Shown piece by piece: positions 60,985 through 64,000 of a stretch of DNA of 64,000 bases. A model generated the notes under the pieces. The model ran no database searches and was not told where the DNA came from. It worked only from the letters and a program-made list of their open reading frames with translations. The stretch comes from an uncultured Flavipsychrobacter sp. (lineage in GTDB: Bacteria; Bacteroidota; Bacteroidia; Chitinophagales; Chitinophagaceae), in the NCBI GenBank assembly GCA_964531655.1, contig CAZHDM010000003.1, positions 185,712 through 249,711 on the forward strand. The letters run 5' to 3'. Each line of letters opens with the position of its first letter. Position 1 is the first letter of the stretch. The position numbers and the translations under genes are program-made.

Positions 60985-61031
60985 ATAATTAAAAACTATA
61001 CTAACAGGTATTTTATATAGTTTTCATCTAT
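60985..61031 (+). promoter_or_regulatory. two OxyR/LysR-type half-sites upstream of the catalase gene
   Basis: 61017-61031 ATAGTTTTCATCTAT fits ATAGnTnnnAnCTAT exactly. 60985-60999 ATAATTAAAAACTAT has one mismatch. The spacer is 17 bp. Confidence 0.3.
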
Positions 61032-61106
61032 AACAAAATAGTGAACAAATTATCTTTTTCTGTGTAGAAATAGAGAACTTTAGAAGAATCACAAAAAGCA
61101 GTACCT

Positions 61107-62606
61107 ATGGAAAAGAAAAAGAAGTTAACAACAGCATCGGGTATTCCTTATTATCATCATGAGGATACTCAGAGCGTAGGCCCGAGAGGACCATTACTAT
61201 TACAGGATTTTATATTACATGAGAAGTTGGCACACTTCAATCGTGAACGTATACCGGAGCGTGTAGTACACGCTAAGGGATCGGGAGCTTTCGGTACATT
61301 CACCGTTACCCACGACCTTACAAAATATACCCGTGCAAAAGTTTTTGATACCATAGGTAAGCAAACCAGAGTACTGGCACGTTTCAGTACTGTAGGTGGT
61401 GAGAAAGGTAGCGCAGATACAGAGCGTGACCCACGCGGATTTGCAGTAAAATTTTACACAGAAGAGGGTAACTGGGACATGGTTGGTAACAACACACCTA
61501 TCTTCTTCATCAAAGACCCGAAGAAGTTTCCTGATTTTATACATACACAGAAGCGTGACCCAAGAACGAATACCAAAAGCCCTACTATGATGTGGGATTT
61601 CTGGAGTCTGAACCCTGAAAGCTTGCATCAGGTGATGTTCTTATTCAGCAACAGGGGTACGCCGTATGGCTACCGCCACATGAATGGATACAGTAGTCAT
61701 ACTTTCAGCTTCATAAACAAAGAGAATAAACGCCACTGGGTGAAGTTCCACTTCAAAACAGATCAGGGCATTAAGAACTTTAAGAATGACGAAGCTGTAA
61801 AAATGAAAGGTGAAAATCCTGATTTTGCGCAAGCTGACCTTGTAGAAGCTATAGAAGCAGGTAACTTCCCTAAGTGGAATGTGAAAGTGCAGATCATGAC
61901 AGAGGAGCAGGCTAAGAACTACAAGTGGAACCCGTTTGACCTGACTAAAGTATGGCCGCATGGAGATTTCCCGTTGATGGACTTAGGTGTTATGGAACTG
62001 AACGAAGTACCTGAGAATTACTTTGCAGAGGTGGAGCAGTCGGCATTTGCACCTGCACACGTGGTAGATGGTATCAACTACTCACCTGATAAAATGCTAC
62101 AGGGTAGATTATTATCATACCCTGATGCACACCGTTACCGCTTGGGCGCTAACTATGAGCAGATACCTGTGAATCGTTGCCCGTATGCAGTAAATAACTA
62201 CGAACGCGACGGGTTTATGAGGGTAGATGGTAATCAGGGTCGCAAGCCTAACTACTTCCCTAATAGCTTTGATGATATAGAGCCAGATGAGGCACATAAG
62301 AAGATGTATGATGAAGAGCTGGACTCTTGCATGGCAGCAACATTTGACCGCAATGCACCGGGTGAGGATGACCATTACACACAGCCGGGTATCTTCTACC
62401 GTGAGGTATTGAATGATGAGGAAAAAACCGACCTTGTAGATAATATTGTAGGTGGTATGAATGGTATTGAAGAAGTACACAAAGAGGCTATTGTAATGCG
62501 TCAATTATGCCACTTCTTCCGTGCAGATGCAGACTTAGGTATGCGTATTGCCAAAGGCGTAGGTATAGATATGGAAAAGCTAAAAGAATTCATGCCGAAA
62601 GGTTAA
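61107..62606 (+). CDS. katE: monofunctional heme catalase (small-subunit type)
   Basis: RERIPERVVHAKGSGAFG (distal His) and RLLSYPDAHRYRLG (proximal Tyr region). 499 aa. Confidence 0.95.
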   Translation: MEKKKKLTTASGIPYYHHEDTQSVGPRGPLLLQDFILHEKLAHFNRERIPERVVHAKGSGAFGTFTVTHDLTKYTRAKVFDTIGKQTRVLARFSTVGGEKGSADTERDPRGFAVKFYTEEGNWDMVGNNTPIFFIKDPKKFPDFIHTQKRDPRTNTKSPTMMWDFWSLNPESLHQVMFLFSNRGTPYGYRHMNGYSSHTFSFINKENKRHWVKFHFKTDQGIKNFKNDEAVKMKGENPDFAQADLVEAIEAGNFPKWNVKVQIMTEEQAKNYKWNPFDLTKVWPHGDFPLMDLGVMELNEVPENYFAEVEQSAFAPAHVVDGINYSPDKMLQGRLLSYPDAHRYRLGANYEQIPVNRCPYAVNNYERDGFMRVDGNQGRKPNYFPNSFDDIEPDEAHKKMYDEELDSCMAATFDRNAPGEDDHYTQPGIFYREVLNDEEKTDLVDNIVGGMNGIEEVHKEAIVMRQLCHFFRADADLGMRIAKGVGIDMEKLKEFMPKG

Positions 62607-62624
62607 TCAACTCTTAGTTATTTG

Positions 62625-62657
62625 AAAAGGCTCATGATTCCCTCATGGGCCTTTTTT
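62625..62657 (+). terminator. rho-independent terminator after the catalase gene
   Basis: AGGCTCATGA-TTCCC-TCATGGGCCT (one G-U pair) followed by TTTTTT. Confidence 0.75.
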
Positions 62658-62921
62658 ATTTGGTTTAAAGACGATATATACCATATTTTCATCTACATTG
62701 CTGGATGGTTATTCAAGATTATTCCACAGATGGCTATAACCCTTATCCATAGCTACTTTCAGACATTGTTAAAACCCCCTGTATTACTTGCTGTAGCGGG
62801 GTATTTTTGTTATCTTTGTAGGATTATATTTGACCCAAATTATTAATTATTTGCTGCGTGATTTCGCGGGGTGAATCTAACTAACTACAGCCCCCTTAAA
62901 AGGGCTTTGCTCAAAAAATAT

Positions 62922-64000
62922 ATGAGTACAGAAAACGAAGCTGTCAACAATCCAATGCCGGGCTATGACGCCGGCAGTATCCAGGTTTTAGAAGGTTTAG
63001 AAGCGGTGCGTAAGCGCCCTGCCATGTATATAGGTGACATAGGCGTAAAAGGTCTGCACCACCTGGTATATGAGGTAGTAGATAACTCAATAGATGAGGC
63101 ACTAGCCGGCTATTGTAATAATATCACCGTTACCGTTCACCCGGACAACTCTATTAGTGTTCAGGATGACGGCCGTGGTATACCTACCGGTATGCACGAG
63201 AAAGAAGGTCGCTCTGCTCTTGAAGTAGTTATGACCGTACTACACGCGGGTGGTAAGTTTGATAAAAATACCTATAAGGTATCCGGTGGATTGCACGGTG
63301 TGGGTGTAAGTTGTGTGAACGCATTGAGTAGTCATTTAAAAGCTACCGTTCACCGCGAGGGCAAGATATTTGAGCAGGAATATGCAGCAGGTGTACCTCA
63401 ATACCCTGTAAGGGAAGCAGGAACTTCTGACAAAACAGGTACTCATGTACACTTTACCCCGGATAATACCATATTCAAAGAGAATGTATATAGTACAGAG
63501 ATACTAGCAGGCCGTCTACGTGAGTTGAGCTACCTGAACAAAGGCATACACATTACACTAATAGATGAGCGCGAGCTGGATGATGAGCAGAACTATGTGA
63601 AGCAAGAGTTCTTCAGTGAGGGTGGTATAGTAGAGTTTGTGCAAATGCTTGATAAGGCAGGTAAGCGTAACCCTCTATTAGTAGAGCCTATCTACATGGA
63701 AGGTCATGATGAGCCAAGTAACGTAGCAGTAGAAGTAACGCTTAATTACAATACATCTTACAGTGAGCACATCTTCTCTTACGTAAACAACATTAATACC
63801 ATAGAAGGTGGTACACACGTATCAGGCTTCCGTAGAGCTATAACAAGAGTATTCAAATCTTACGGTGATAAGAATAACCTGTTCAGCAAAGCAAAAGTTG
63901 ATATCACAGGTGATGACTTCCGTGAAGGTCTGAGCGCAATCATATCCGTAAAAGTACCTGAACCACAGTTTGAAGGTCAGACAAAAACTAAGCTGGGTAA
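62922..64000 (+). CDS. gyrB: DNA gyrase subunit B, N-terminal part (runs off the window end)
   Basis: Manual translation from the ATG at 62922 gives MSTENEAVNNPMPGYDAGSIQVLEGLEAVRKRPAMYIGD...YEVVDNSIDEALAG...GGLHGVG. Confidence 0.95.
   Translation, partial: MSTENEAVNNPMPGYDAGSIQVLEGLEAVRKRPAMYIGDIGVKGLHHLVYEVVDNSIDEALAGYCNNITVTVHPDNSISVQDDGRGIPTGMHEKEGRSALEVVMTVLHAGGKFDKNTYKVSGGLHGVGVSCVNALSSHLKATVHREGKIFEQEYAAGVPQYPVREAGTSDKTGTHVHFTPDNTIFKENVYSTEILAGRLRELSYLNKGIHITLIDERELDDEQNYVKQEFFSEGGIVEFVQMLDKAGKRNPLLVEPIYMEGHDEPSNVAVEVTLNYNTSYSEHIFSYVNNINTIEGGTHVSGFRRAITRVFKSYGDKNNLFSKAKVDITGDDFREGLSAIISVKVPEPQFEGQTKTKLG

Noticed and set aside
62622-62846. 74-aa plus-strand ORF between the catalase gene and gyrB.
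   Set aside because: It starts at a TTG inside the catalase terminator hairpin. It encodes a hydrophobic, low-complexity peptide and has no promoter-like element. It is probably non-coding gyrB upstream DNA.
1-64000. A search by eye for CRISPR arrays, rRNA/tRNA genes, IS elements/transposases, integrases and riboswitch-like leaders.
   Set aside because: No regularly spaced repeats, cloverleaf-capable conserved segments, terminal inverted repeats or recombinase motifs were seen. Every gap over 150 bp was read: 22721-23071, 24300-24602, 38422-38665, 48909-49074, 56513-56671, 60856-61106 and 62607-62921. Short ncRNAs cannot be excluded without covariance-model searches.

Overview
Chromosomal window that looks like Bacteroidota. 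Evidence: repeated TAnnTTTG -7 promoter boxes, TonB-dependent receptors with carboxypeptidase-regulatory N-domains, a T9SS C-terminal sorting domain, LVIVD lipoproteins and a bS22-like micro-ORF. It is densely packed with about 58 protein genes, mostly housekeeping. These include carB (5' part), mreBCD, nfu, manC, hutH-like, ctaA, hup, rng, mfd, can, nadC, queA, dgt, katE-type catalase and gyrB (5' part). By eye I found no rRNA, tRNA, CRISPR array, IS element, transposase or integrase. The best candidate for something undescribed is a two-gene insert at about 35.9-38.7 kb. It holds an orphan gene resembling a phage terminase small subunit (TerS), followed upstream by a strikingly AT-rich 583-aa ORF. 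That ORF encodes roughly 20-residue-periodic beta-helix (pentapeptide-like) repeats and a C-terminal transmembrane hairpin. The insert sits between two catabolic genes, a 3-hydroxyacyl-CoA dehydrogenase and an FAH-family hydrolase. Secondary points: (1) three GT-C-type membrane glycosyltransferase paralogues, one paired with a GtrB-like GT2, one fused to TPR repeats and one next to manC; (2) a tightly coupled T9SS-cargo / ECF sigma / anti-sigma / OM-like module with a shared GTGCAACC motif in three nearby upstream regions; (3) a 21-bp-phased direct repeat in a divergent TonB-receptor promoter; (4) an unannotated 30-aa ultra-basic ORF (bS22-like) followed by a structured rng leader; (5) a promoter-proximal terminator-like hairpin in the carB leader; (6) OxyR-like half-sites upstream of the catalase; (7) a solitary MntA-like nucleotidyltransferase. 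All functional calls rest on motif recognition in the supplied translations. No database search was run.
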